IMG/VR virus record: IMGVR_UViG_3300046028_001578
Location: 486-64,485 of that record
Origin: a virus
Taxonomy: Duplodnaviria > Caudoviricetes
Strand: one strand, 5' to 3'
DNA length: 64,000 nt
Shown here one piece after another: positions 16,963 through 26,314 of the stretch (position 1 is the first letter of the stretch; every line of letters begins with the position of its first letter). Below the pieces are notes generated by a model that was not told the origin of the DNA, ran no database searches, and saw only the letters and a list, made by a program, of their open reading frames with translations. The translations under genes and the position numbers were made by a program.

Positions 16963-19900
16963 TTATTTGTTTAGTAGTCTTAATAGGTAATCTTTGGTAA
17001 GTTGTTTACGATTTTCAATAGCAGTCTTGTCTGCACTTCGTCCAGTTGGTAGTACCCACTTTTCAAAGTAAGCAATCTTGAATTGAACACCATAAAATTT
17101 ATCATTCATTGTGGTAGTTATAATATAATCTAAAGAAGGACCAATGTAAGGATACTTTGGATCCTTCTTTAAATCAGTAGCTACTTCTTGTAATTCTTTT
17201 TTGAATGCCGAATTAAAAGCAATAACTTCTGGAAGTTCTTGAAATACCCCAGTTTGGTTCTTTGGTTGTAAAGCCTTTACTTCATTATTAGTTAAAGACA
17301 TGTGGCGTATTACATCTTGTCCTGTTAGTGGAAAAGATTCTAATGCCATTTGAGGTATAATTTTACTAGGATCAGTTTCATTAGTAGCACTGCCAACTAA
17401 TCGCATTTGGAATTCAAATGCTACGGGATTCCAGCCATCCTTAGTAAACTGTCGGATACGCTTTACAGACGCAGCATCGTAGTCCTTATAAACAACTGTA
17501 GCATCTACATCATCTTTTGTCAAAATTTCTAAAGCTACATTTACTTGTTGTTGAGCAATGGGAGAGCCATAGCTTTCTCGTAATACCTTTGTAGACTCAC
17601 TACCACTATAAGTAGTAGGTGTCAATGGCAAACGATACTTATCAGGAATACGGTTTATATCTGTAATATTTGGATCGGCATACTCCAGCGTATTAGGTAA
17701 GTAACCATTATCTAACCAGAAATGTTTCCAATCAATACTAGCAGCTAAGTATGCATCCTTTGGATCTACATCAATTCCATCAAGGTTTAAGGCTTCACGG
17801 AATTCTTTATACTTAGCAGTGTACTCAGCTTCATACTTTGAAGGAAGAATTGTAGTATCGGTTCTTGGATTAGATACATTAAAATAAGTGTTGTCTATTA
17901 ACTGTTCTACAACTGCCTTAGCTTTACCTGCTAAATCTCTTTTAGTTTGCTGATAAGTGAAAGCATTTGTAAATCTTTGAGTATATGAATTATCATCTTC
18001 TGAGCTTTGTTTACCCCCAAGAAGTAATGTCATAGGTGCATCATAAACATCTTTTGGTATTACATCCTTACTAATATAAATATCTTCTGTTCTAGCTTCT
18101 TGAAACACACTATATCCTAACACACCTGCTGCTTTAATTTGATCAAAGTATGTGGGTGAACTTGGATTGACTAGAACTTTACCAGCTTTTCTGCCAGAAG
18201 GAATAGAAAAAGTTCCCTTTGGTATAGAAATACCTAGTTCTTCTTCAGCTTCTTTAGCTGCAACATCATTCCAATCAGTAATTGGTTTTATATTTAAAAC
18301 CTTAGCTTTAACAATACCAAACATATAGGCAGCAACATCTGTATTAGTCTTTGCTCCTTTGGCTATAGCAGCTTCATACATTAAAGGTATGTTCCGATTT
18401 GTAAACAGATTACGAGTACCACCAGTAGATAACTCAGTTTTTAGAATATCTGTGGTTTCTTTAAGTTCTGGTATACTTTTTGATGCTGTAACAAAAGTAT
18501 CTACATTCAGTTTAAACCAAGTCGTAAACTCAGTAAGACTACCTATAGGTACACTACCACTCTCACCAAAAATAGAAATCATTTGTTTATTTGATACAGC
18601 AGATGCATTATTAATATAAACAGAATTATCTTGTGGTGTTTTGTATGGTGCTGTATCAGCATAAGATAACACAGAACTTCTTATTGGTTTAGTTTCATCT
18701 GAATTAACCTCTGCTACTGTAGTAGCAATACCACTATCTTTTAGATCTTGTCCAAATGCTAAAGCCTCTGGTGAACCTTGAGGATATGAAGGTAACGATA
18801 AAGCTGGTTGGTTTGTTACTCTATTTTTTGGAGTAAACCTATCATTTATAAAAGATGTACTTACAATAACTTCTTTAAGTAGATTAGATTGTGTGCCATC
18901 TTTGTTAATTAATGTTTTAGATGGAAGAGTTTTAAAACTAATTGGAATACCACCGTTCTCTGAGTTAATATACGCAGAGTTATTACCAGTTAAATCTATT
19001 TCCATACCCCATTTTGACGCGTCATCTAAATCTGCTATAACAATTTTAGCTAATTCTAGTTTTCGATCCATAGAATCAGTAGGTTTACCACCATACCGAG
19101 CTTGTATACTAGGACTACATGCTGCAGCTAAGCGGACAATATCGACTGCAGGAGGATAAGTTCCAGTGTTAACACTATTTTGATTTGTTCTTACACCTTT
19201 GAGTTGCGAAGCTACTAAATCAAACAATTGCTCATCAACATCTGGTATAATACTTTGTGCTGTATCAACTAGGTTAACATCCATTTTTTGCATGGTGTTA
19301 GGACTACGCAAAGCTGTCATGGCATCTGGCGTTTCTAATACATTTTTAACTAGAGTTGCTTGTTGTTCTTTTCTTTTTTTAGGGTCTTTTATAAATGGAG
19401 GTATCCAACCATAACCCTCTTGTCTTAAAGCAACTAAGCTTCCATCATCGGTTTCTAAAGTAACTATACCCATTCTACTTTTTGTATTTAAGCTATAAGA
19501 AGTAACAAGAGTTTTTAATTTATCCTCATCTAGTTGTCCATTAGTGTTTTCATAGAAACTTGGATTTGCAAGTATGTCTGCCATAGCAAACATTACAGCT
19601 GCTTTAATATCAGGACTACCTTGAAATAGCGTAGCAATATTTTTATTATCTCCAGGCGTTGCATCAACAATAAACTCTTCACCTTTTAAAGTCACTGCGT
19701 TTGAAGTATAAGCAGCCATAAAAGCTTTATGTTCGTCACTATCTGGTACTAAATCAAATATAGTAGCAGCTATTTGTAATGCCACATTATTGCGAAACTG
19801 AACATCATTTGCAAGACTCATAGGGGCTTGTTTTGCTTTTCTTACACCACCTATATTCGGCATCTCTAACTCAGTTACATACTCTAAAACTTGTAGTCTA

Positions 19901-21168
19901 GATGTATCTGTCATTGCCTGTAGTTTACTTATTTGTTCAAAAGGCATTCCTTCATTTACAGCTTCTCTAAGTAACAATGCTAGACTGTGATCTGCTTTAG
20001 ATAACTCTAACTCACTAATAGCATGAGCTAAATGTGCTGTTGGAATTTGACTCAGTACTTTACCATTTAACCATAGTTGTTGTGGAGACTGGGCTGAAGA
20101 ATTACTAAGAGAAAACTTAATTTTCTTTTTCCAATCTTGACCAATTTCTCCAGTAACAGTAACTGAAAAGTTGTCCTCATAATAAGGATTTCCTTGTATC
20201 CTTGACCACAATATATCCATTTCTTCTTTGGTTAGAGAATCCAAATTAGATTCAGGATTTAAATATGTTCTACCCTCTTTATCCATAATTACAAGAGGAA
20301 TACCATTACTATCAGGTCTTGGTTGTTGTTTTCCTTCTACAATATCAAAACCAAACTTAGTTCCATTTTCATTTAGATATTCAGGTCCACCTTCATCAAA
20401 AAACAATGGAAGCTTACCACTACTTATTCTATCAAATATAATATCTTTGTTAGTCTGTTTTCTAACACCATTCTTAACACCCATGCGATCTTCTATTTCT
20501 GTTTGTTTTCCAACATAAGTAGAGATAGCATCCCACTCAGTCTTACGAACAGTTGTTTCAATATCTCTATCAGCTTTTCTAGATAGGACTGCTAAGCGTT
20601 GGTAAGCAGAACCTAATGATTTAATCGGGCTTTTAGTTTCATCCCAGTAATCAATAGCTGGTTGGAATAAAGAACCTTGTCCATTTTCTAAAGCAAGATT
20701 AGCTTGTTTTTTCCACTCAGTTCGATGTTCTCTAATATTTGTTATTGTCTGTTCAATACTTGTAGTTGATTCTTCAGTTGGACCTGTTACTTTAACTCCT
20801 GCTTGTATGCTTTGTAACTTATCATACTCTGCACTAATTTTAGCTTGGAACTCATCACTTAAATCAACAACAGCATTACCCTTAGATGTAATCAAATGAT
20901 CAATTACAGCACCAAAGGTTTCATTGGCAATTTTAAATCCACTTTCTCCAAGTGCATACCAATCAATATCAGCACCCTCAATTCCAATAGGCTGTTGTGC
21001 AAATTGGGTTGGAGTTTCCTTGTATAGGTTAATAGACTCAGGAGGAGTAAACCCACCCTTAGGTCCTGTTTCAAAGACAGTCTGCTCTAAAGGGTCTAGT
21101 GTTTTCTTACCGAGTAAATTACTTAATTCCTTCTGCATATTCGTATCAGCCATTGGTTGTATCTCCAA
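16963..21168 (-). CDS. putative internal virion protein (gp15-like position), 1401 aa
   Basis: Size and position in the core cluster; no catalytic motif recognised. Confidence 0.6.
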   Translation of the reverse strand: MEIQPMADTNMQKELSNLLGKKTLDPLEQTVFETGPKGGFTPPESINLYKETPTQFAQQPIGIEGADIDWYALGESGFKIANETFGAVIDHLITSKGNAVVDLSDEFQAKISAEYDKLQSIQAGVKVTGPTEESTTSIEQTITNIREHRTEWKKQANLALENGQGSLFQPAIDYWDETKSPIKSLGSAYQRLAVLSRKADRDIETTVRKTEWDAISTYVGKQTEIEDRMGVKNGVRKQTNKDIIFDRISSGKLPLFFDEGGPEYLNENGTKFGFDIVEGKQQPRPDSNGIPLVIMDKEGRTYLNPESNLDSLTKEEMDILWSRIQGNPYYEDNFSVTVTGEIGQDWKKKIKFSLSNSSAQSPQQLWLNGKVLSQIPTAHLAHAISELELSKADHSLALLLREAVNEGMPFEQISKLQAMTDTSRLQVLEYVTELEMPNIGGVRKAKQAPMSLANDVQFRNNVALQIAATIFDLVPDSDEHKAFMAAYTSNAVTLKGEEFIVDATPGDNKNIATLFQGSPDIKAAVMFAMADILANPSFYENTNGQLDEDKLKTLVTSYSLNTKSRMGIVTLETDDGSLVALRQEGYGWIPPFIKDPKKRKEQQATLVKNVLETPDAMTALRSPNTMQKMDVNLVDTAQSIIPDVDEQLFDLVASQLKGVRTNQNSVNTGTYPPAVDIVRLAAACSPSIQARYGGKPTDSMDRKLELAKIVIADLDDASKWGMEIDLTGNNSAYINSENGGIPISFKTLPSKTLINKDGTQSNLLKEVIVSTSFINDRFTPKNRVTNQPALSLPSYPQGSPEALAFGQDLKDSGIATTVAEVNSDETKPIRSSVLSYADTAPYKTPQDNSVYINNASAVSNKQMISIFGESGSVPIGSLTEFTTWFKLNVDTFVTASKSIPELKETTDILKTELSTGGTRNLFTNRNIPLMYEAAIAKGAKTNTDVAAYMFGIVKAKVLNIKPITDWNDVAAKEAEEELGISIPKGTFSIPSGRKAGKVLVNPSSPTYFDQIKAAGVLGYSVFQEARTEDIYISKDVIPKDVYDAPMTLLLGGKQSSEDDNSYTQRFTNAFTYQQTKRDLAGKAKAVVEQLIDNTYFNVSNPRTDTTILPSKYEAEYTAKYKEFREALNLDGIDVDPKDAYLAASIDWKHFWLDNGYLPNTLEYADPNITDINRIPDKYRLPLTPTTYSGSESTKVLRESYGSPIAQQQVNVALEILTKDDVDATVVYKDYDAASVKRIRQFTKDGWNPVAFEFQMRLVGSATNETDPSKIIPQMALESFPLTGQDVIRHMSLTNNEVKALQPKNQTGVFQELPEVIAFNSAFKKELQEVATDLKKDPKYPYIGPSLDYIITTTMNDKFYGVQFKIAYFEKWVLPTGRSADKTAIENRKQLTKDYLLRLLNK

Positions 21169-22189
21169 ACATATTAGGGTATTTAGACATTGCTGTATAA
21201 ATACTTTCTGTTAGTTCTTTTGTTGTTTTAATTCGACCAGAAGTAATCTCACCACGAAGACCACGATATACTTGGTCCTTTGATGAAGACTCTGGGTTAA
21301 CTGCAAAGGCTTCATTCCATCTATCAATGTTATAATGACCTGCCTCTAATAACTTAGAGACTTCCATTGCAGACTGTCTCTCTTGACTAGAGATCACACT
21401 GCGTTGGGAATAGATCTTATTCTCAATAGCTTCTTTAATTGGCTGTGTTGCTGACTCTTTAACTAAGACTTGCTCAGCAAACGAAGGAGAACCATAGGGA
21501 TCATTAGGCATAGCTTGCTTACGATCCTGTAAACCAAAGCTTGGAATAAAAGTACCATTCTCATCATAGATACCAATACGACCATTGACTACAGAGGCTA
21601 CATCAAACAAGTTCATTTGTTCTAGCTTCATAAAGTCAGAAGAATGTTGGTCAGTAGACACATCAGGGTCTAGTTCATTCTTCATAAGGAACTGATTAAC
21701 CTTACCACTCAATGAGTTAGAGTAGACCTGACTAGCCTTGCTGAAGTTAGCCGTAGCCACTACAGTTGATAGCTTAGCCAACTCAGGGGCTAAGGCTGCT
21801 CTTGCCCATTCAGGGGAGTTAGCCATACGATCTCGTAGGAAGAACTCCTTACTTGAGACACCACTGATATTGTTCAACTCAATAAGACTAGTGTTGATAA
21901 AGTCACTGGTTGCTCCATCTTTACCAGCTGGATGCATCTTCTCGTATTCCTTCCAAAAGTAATTCCTACTATTGTTGGAAAGACTGTCGAGGGAGTTATT
22001 CTTCTTCCAGTAATTGAATCTATTCTGTGCGTTAGTAGGATACATCTTAGTTGCTAACTCTGTGATCTGATTAATTTTAGCAATGTCTTGCTTGTCAATC
22101 ATGTCCTCAGTGTTAACCGCATCAACGGCATTAGTGTTTGTTTCAGTTGCAATCTGTTGCAATGAAGAGTATAAATCTTTTTTAGCCAT
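21146..22189 (-). CDS. putative internal virion protein, 347 aa
   Basis: Lies between the gp14-like gene and the large core genes; AAAGGA RBS. Confidence 0.55.
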   Translation of the reverse strand: MAKKDLYSSLQQIATETNTNAVDAVNTEDMIDKQDIAKINQITELATKMYPTNAQNRFNYWKKNNSLDSLSNNSRNYFWKEYEKMHPAGKDGATSDFINTSLIELNNISGVSSKEFFLRDRMANSPEWARAALAPELAKLSTVVATANFSKASQVYSNSLSGKVNQFLMKNELDPDVSTDQHSSDFMKLEQMNLFDVASVVNGRIGIYDENGTFIPSFGLQDRKQAMPNDPYGSPSFAEQVLVKESATQPIKEAIENKIYSQRSVISSQERQSAMEVSKLLEAGHYNIDRWNEAFAVNPESSSKDQVYRGLRGEITSGRIKTTKELTESIYTAMSKYPNMFGDTTNG

Positions 22190-22200
22190 TTGTTATCCTT

Positions 22201-22947
22201 TTAAAAACGCATATCATTTATATTTCCAAAAGTTGGCATTGGCGGCAGACTACCCATGCCCATTAAACCACCTGAGCCACCAGCAGCAGGTGGCTTATCT
22301 CCACCACTGCCATACTTCATCTGAGCTTGAAGACCAACAGATGCTCCCTGCAGACCAGCTTGAATTAAACCCGTGGTCAATGCAGTTGAGGAGTTGTTAG
22401 CAATACCACCCTTAGATGGGATGAAGACTCCAAGGTCTGGAGCAAAGGCATTGCCTCGCTGTCCTAGTCTTGTTTGTTGTTGTGTGATAATATCTTGATA
22501 GGCACTACGATGATTTAGCTTAAGGGCTACCATGTTGCTACCTAATGCTTCAATGTTCTGACGAAGCATTGCTCTAGCCGTTCCACTACTTCCAGTAATA
22601 CCACGGCTTGTCATTGAAGAGATGAACTGTGCATTGACCTGTGAGGTTTGCTTGCTTAGTGTACTCTTTTGATTTGAGAATGACTTGTCTAAATAGTATT
22701 CTGATAATGCTCGTTCAGTTGCAGCACCCTTTTCAATCTGAGCACTACGCTGAAGGTTGGCTTGGAACTCTCGCATAACATTTCTGTCTTGCGTTGCCTT
22801 CTGCCATTGGTTCTGAAAGTTTGCATTCCTTTGCTGGATCTCTGCTGCTTGTGCTGCTGCGTCAGCTTGGCTAGCTGACCCCAATGCACCCATAACGCCA
22901 GAGGCTAAAGATAGTACGCCCATTCCGACTGCTACTCCTACACCCAT
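22201..22947 (-). CDS. internal virion protein B-like (T7 gp14-like)
   Basis: Gly/Ala-rich hydrophobic N terminus, Gln-rich coiled coil, xxRGITGSS motif typical of gp14-like proteins. Confidence 0.7.
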   Translation of the reverse strand: MGVGVAVGMGVLSLASGVMGALGSASQADAAAQAAEIQQRNANFQNQWQKATQDRNVMREFQANLQRSAQIEKGAATERALSEYYLDKSFSNQKSTLSKQTSQVNAQFISSMTSRGITGSSGTARAMLRQNIEALGSNMVALKLNHRSAYQDIITQQQTRLGQRGNAFAPDLGVFIPSKGGIANNSSTALTTGLIQAGLQGASVGLQAQMKYGSGGDKPPAAGGSGGLMGMGSLPPMPTFGNINDMRF

Positions 22948-23435
22948 TTGAGTCCTCTTTCTAAGAAGGATAAGATATCTGGTATTGAATCTGTGAGATC
23001 CTCAGTACTTACCCGCATTATTTTATTTTGATTTTGATTGTTGAGCCACTCATTTAAATAAGTAGCATGCTCGTAGAATATATCTACTGGATTGATTAGA
23101 GTAGCAAAAACAGGATGTAGTTCACACTCATCTTTAAAGACTTTGTACATACTATACATCTGAGCTAGCTTATCTTTTCTTTCTAAGACAACAATATGAG
23201 ATATTCGATTTGTGTTAAGGGTTATTAAATCAGGATACCATAGTTTTACAATATGGTTATTTAATTGTTTAGGGTCTAGTGTGTTTGTTTCCCAGTATCC
23301 CTTAGGATTGTGTTTAGGAACAACCATGTTATTGAATGCCTCCCCTATGATGGGGAGTCCTGCCTTCTTAGCACTCTGCATTACGAATGAAGTACCAGTA
23401 CGGGGACCAATACCTGTTACAACAGCTATACTCAT
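22938..23435 (-). CDS. sulfotransferase-family P-loop protein
   Basis: 5'-PSB-like loop VTGIGPRTGTS, NPKGYWE, 3'-PB-like VVLER...QMYS. Confidence 0.7.
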   Translation of the reverse strand: MSIAVVTGIGPRTGTSFVMQSAKKAGLPIIGEAFNNMVVPKHNPKGYWETNTLDPKQLNNHIVKLWYPDLITLNTNRISHIVVLERKDKLAQMYSMYKVFKDECELHPVFATLINPVDIFYEHATYLNEWLNNQNQNKIMRVSTEDLTDSIPDILSFLERGLKWV

Positions 23436-25117
23436 GAACGATTTCTTTTTAATATAGATTTACCGAACTTACTCTTTGGGATGTCCGTTCCATTCAACAA
23501 GATAGCACCAGAAAGCCTAGTACCTAGAATACCAAGTGCTCTTTTGTTTCCCATCCAATCCTTAATTTGATTCTTGTAGTCTTCCTGTTGTTTGTAAATC
23601 AATTCTCTATCTGGATCAATAGCCAAAGCATTAACCCAATGGGACACAGCAGCACTCAGTACATCAACACGGTCATCATGCTTAAGAGCACCCCGTTTGT
23701 TCTGTAGTCGAGTGATCTGCATCTGATTCTCTTTGTCTTGGATAACTCCAACATCAAACACAAGACGGTGTTGTGCCATGATTGGCTCAAGTGTACTTAA
23801 AATTCTATTCTCCTTAGAGCCTGTAACCTTGTACTCTTCAATTCCAATCTGTCCACAACTCTGTGCAATGACAGGTTGGATGATCTTACCGAACATACCA
23901 TCACCATAGTTAGACTCATACTTAACAAGGTTAATCTTGTATTGATTAATAAGCTTACAGATCTTCATCAGGGTAACACTATCGTATCCTCCTTGAATGC
24001 CTGTCAATTCATGTATCACAATATAACCATGAGCAAAGGAAGCCACACATAGAGCTGTCTCATCCGCACCACGACCTGAGGGATCTATGAATAAGACCGT
24101 CTGATTGTAGGGAACAAAGGATGGCTCAATATGCATAGGCTCATAAACAAGATCACCCTTCATACCAAATGAAGAGACTCTCTTATTCACAACACTCTTA
24201 GCATGAACTACCTTGACTGGGAAGACCTGTGGATCTACATCCAATACAATTAAATCTTCTAATCTAAGGGGGTATCTTTTGACATCTGAAGTCGATGTCT
24301 TAAGCTTGTAGTGTAAATCAAAGTTGGTCGGACCAATCTTCGCTTCAATTTCAGCAAGCTTTTCTGTGGGAAATCTTTCAGGCTGAGTCGATTCTCCCGG
24401 CTCAAAGCCCAGACCAAGAATATATTCATCAACATTTTCTATCTCTTCGGGGTTAGTTAAGTCTGGCATGACAGCCGGAAACTTAACGGTGGGGTAAATC
24501 CCACCTAATTTATTATATACAGAGTCTTTAGATTGTGGTGTACCCAAGAATCGGATACTAGCCACATCAACTTTATTTACTACATTCTCTAACTCCAAGC
24601 ATCTCTCCCAGAGTTTCTCTCTAGCCTGAGGGGAGTCAGAGTTTTCTACAATCTCAACATCATCACCAATAATCTGATCAGCATGTAGACCTGTGATCTG
24701 TGAGGTAATACCCTTAGCAGTTACTGACAGATCCTGTCCGAACTGGGTACGGGTATGTACATTAAAACCAAAGGCACTATCCTTGTCATTCTCTAATGGC
24801 TCAAGATCCTTCATGTAAGGAACCTGAGTTAGGATAGCTCTTGTTTGAAACACAAACTTAATAGCTCGGTCAGCCCCTGCTGATAATACAAGTATTGTAG
24901 TATTGTGATTCAACAAGAGTAACCATGAGACATAGCATGCCATGATAACGGACTTGCCGTCACCACGCCCTGCCTGTAGGAGCATATCCTTAGTTCCTAC
25001 TTGGAGCCGATGTGCCATAGCGTATTGCTTAGGGGTAGGTTGACCCAAGCCTAGGTACTTGAAACAAAAGTAAAGATGGTTTCTAAAGTCTTCTAGGACT
25101 TCTGGGGGAGCTTTCAT
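23432..25117 (-). CDS. terL: terminase large subunit (T7 gp19-like)
   Basis: Walker A QAGRGDGKS, Walker B IIGDDVE, LGTPQ, nuclease IDPSGRGADET and HDDRVD. Confidence 0.97.
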   Translation of the reverse strand: MKAPPEVLEDFRNHLYFCFKYLGLGQPTPKQYAMAHRLQVGTKDMLLQAGRGDGKSVIMACYVSWLLLLNHNTTILVLSAGADRAIKFVFQTRAILTQVPYMKDLEPLENDKDSAFGFNVHTRTQFGQDLSVTAKGITSQITGLHADQIIGDDVEIVENSDSPQAREKLWERCLELENVVNKVDVASIRFLGTPQSKDSVYNKLGGIYPTVKFPAVMPDLTNPEEIENVDEYILGLGFEPGESTQPERFPTEKLAEIEAKIGPTNFDLHYKLKTSTSDVKRYPLRLEDLIVLDVDPQVFPVKVVHAKSVVNKRVSSFGMKGDLVYEPMHIEPSFVPYNQTVLFIDPSGRGADETALCVASFAHGYIVIHELTGIQGGYDSVTLMKICKLINQYKINLVKYESNYGDGMFGKIIQPVIAQSCGQIGIEEYKVTGSKENRILSTLEPIMAQHRLVFDVGVIQDKENQMQITRLQNKRGALKHDDRVDVLSAAVSHWVNALAIDPDRELIYKQQEDYKNQIKDWMGNKRALGILGTRLSGAILLNGTDIPKSKFGKSILKRNRS

Positions 25118-25240
25118 GGGCTTCCTTTCTAAACCCCCTAGCAGGGGTTATAAACGGTTTCTCAGTCAATGGGCTATCTTGCTAGCCCAAGTACAATCAA
25201 ATGGTTCCTAAGGGCATTCCTGCCCCTAGGAACCGTTGTT

Positions 25241-25465
25241 TTAAATCTGGGTAGACTTAAATTTGAATGGCATCTTAGCCTTCATAGCACTCTCTAGGGT
25301 ATCTAGGGAGGTAGTAGGGATGCCATCTAGAGCTTCCCGGTTGTCGTTGACCACGCCACGAATGACTTGGTACAGACCGGGGGTACTCTTTGTATCGTCC
25401 TGAAGATCGTCTAGAAGACGCTCAATAAGACGAGCATTTAATTGAGTGATAAGTTCTTTATTCAC
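25241..25465 (-). CDS. terS: terminase small subunit (T7 gp18-like)
   Basis: 74 aa, upstream of terL, TPGLYQVIR...DN motif and PF near the C terminus. Confidence 0.75.
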   Translation of the reverse strand: MNKELITQLNARLIERLLDDLQDDTKSTPGLYQVIRGVVNDNREALDGIPTTSLDTLESAMKAKMPFKFKSTQI

Positions 25466-25575
25466 TTCTTCTTAAACAGCTCAGGCAGCTTGCTCACTGG
25501 AACGACTGATCCAGCGATATAGCCAACCACGCAAAGAAGACATGCAAACCAAATTGAACCAATAAATGATGCCAT
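25462..25575 (-). CDS. 37-aa single-TM peptide, possible lysis component
   Basis: Start MASFIG behind AAGGA; hydrophobic helix and basic C terminus. Confidence 0.6.
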   Translation of the reverse strand: MASFIGSIWFACLLCVVGYIAGSVVPVSKLPELFKKK

Positions 25576-25579
25576 AATA

Positions 25580-26050
25580 TTATCCTTGTACTTTCTTATA
25601 TGCAGCATCGAAGGCAGGATCTCCTGCTCTGAATGCTGCGATTGCTTCTCTAATGGTAGTAGGATCTGATTCGTCCTTGGCTTCAGCAAGCAACTTAGCT
25701 TGTTGAATCTTCTTCTCTGGGATAAACAACCCAAGAGAATATACTACCTTCTTAATTAATGTACCAATTCCTGTGTACCACAAGAGTACACATACACCTA
25801 ATATAGCTAAAGCAATAAAGCCGTAACTAAGTAGGTCTGCCCACCAAGGGGTACTGTCTTTAATGTTACCTAAGACACCAGCAATATCCTCAGATTCACC
25901 AAGGATATTACGGGCATGTTTGTGGGCGACTACGATGTCATTTGTATTTAATATCTGTAAAGCATTTGTTTGAATCTTATAAGTGCTTGTAGATATCTCA
26001 TTAACAGATGAACATCCTGTAAGAAAAACTAGTAAGAATATCTTACGCAT
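25580..26050 (-). CDS. lipoprotein with internal TM helix, possible unimolecular spanin
   Basis: Signal peptide with lipobox LTGC (Cys13) and a TM segment at about aa 73-100. Confidence 0.6.
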   Translation of the reverse strand: MRKIFLLVFLTGCSSVNEISTSTYKIQTNALQILNTNDIVVAHKHARNILGESEDIAGVLGNIKDSTPWWADLLSYGFIALAILGVCVLLWYTGIGTLIKKVVYSLGLFIPEKKIQQAKLLAEAKDESDPTTIREAIAAFRAGDPAFDAAYKKVQG

Positions 26051-26304
26051 TAATTCCTTTCCAGCATCTCAATACGATACCGTAGTTCCTTCAACTCAAC
26101 CATCACAGCCACCATGTTCTTTCCTAATTCAATATCAGTCTTAACTAGATCTCTAGTTATGTCTTTTAATAGAAGAAGTTCTGCCATGCTGTTGTCGATT
26201 TGAGCCTCCCTTTTGCCTAGGCGTATAATAACAGTAACTACCCCAATGGTGAGAATAGCTAATTGCAATACCGAAACATAGATACCAATGTTATTCTCAT
26301 TCAT
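26050..26304 (-). CDS. holin-like membrane protein (one TM plus coiled coil)
   Basis: N-terminal TM; position directly after the tail fibre. Confidence 0.5.
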   Translation of the reverse strand: MNENNIGIYVSVLQLAILTIGVVTVIIRLGKREAQIDNSMAELLLLKDITRDLVKTDIELGKNMVAVMVELKELRYRIEMLERN

Positions 26305-26314
26305 AGGTTATTCC

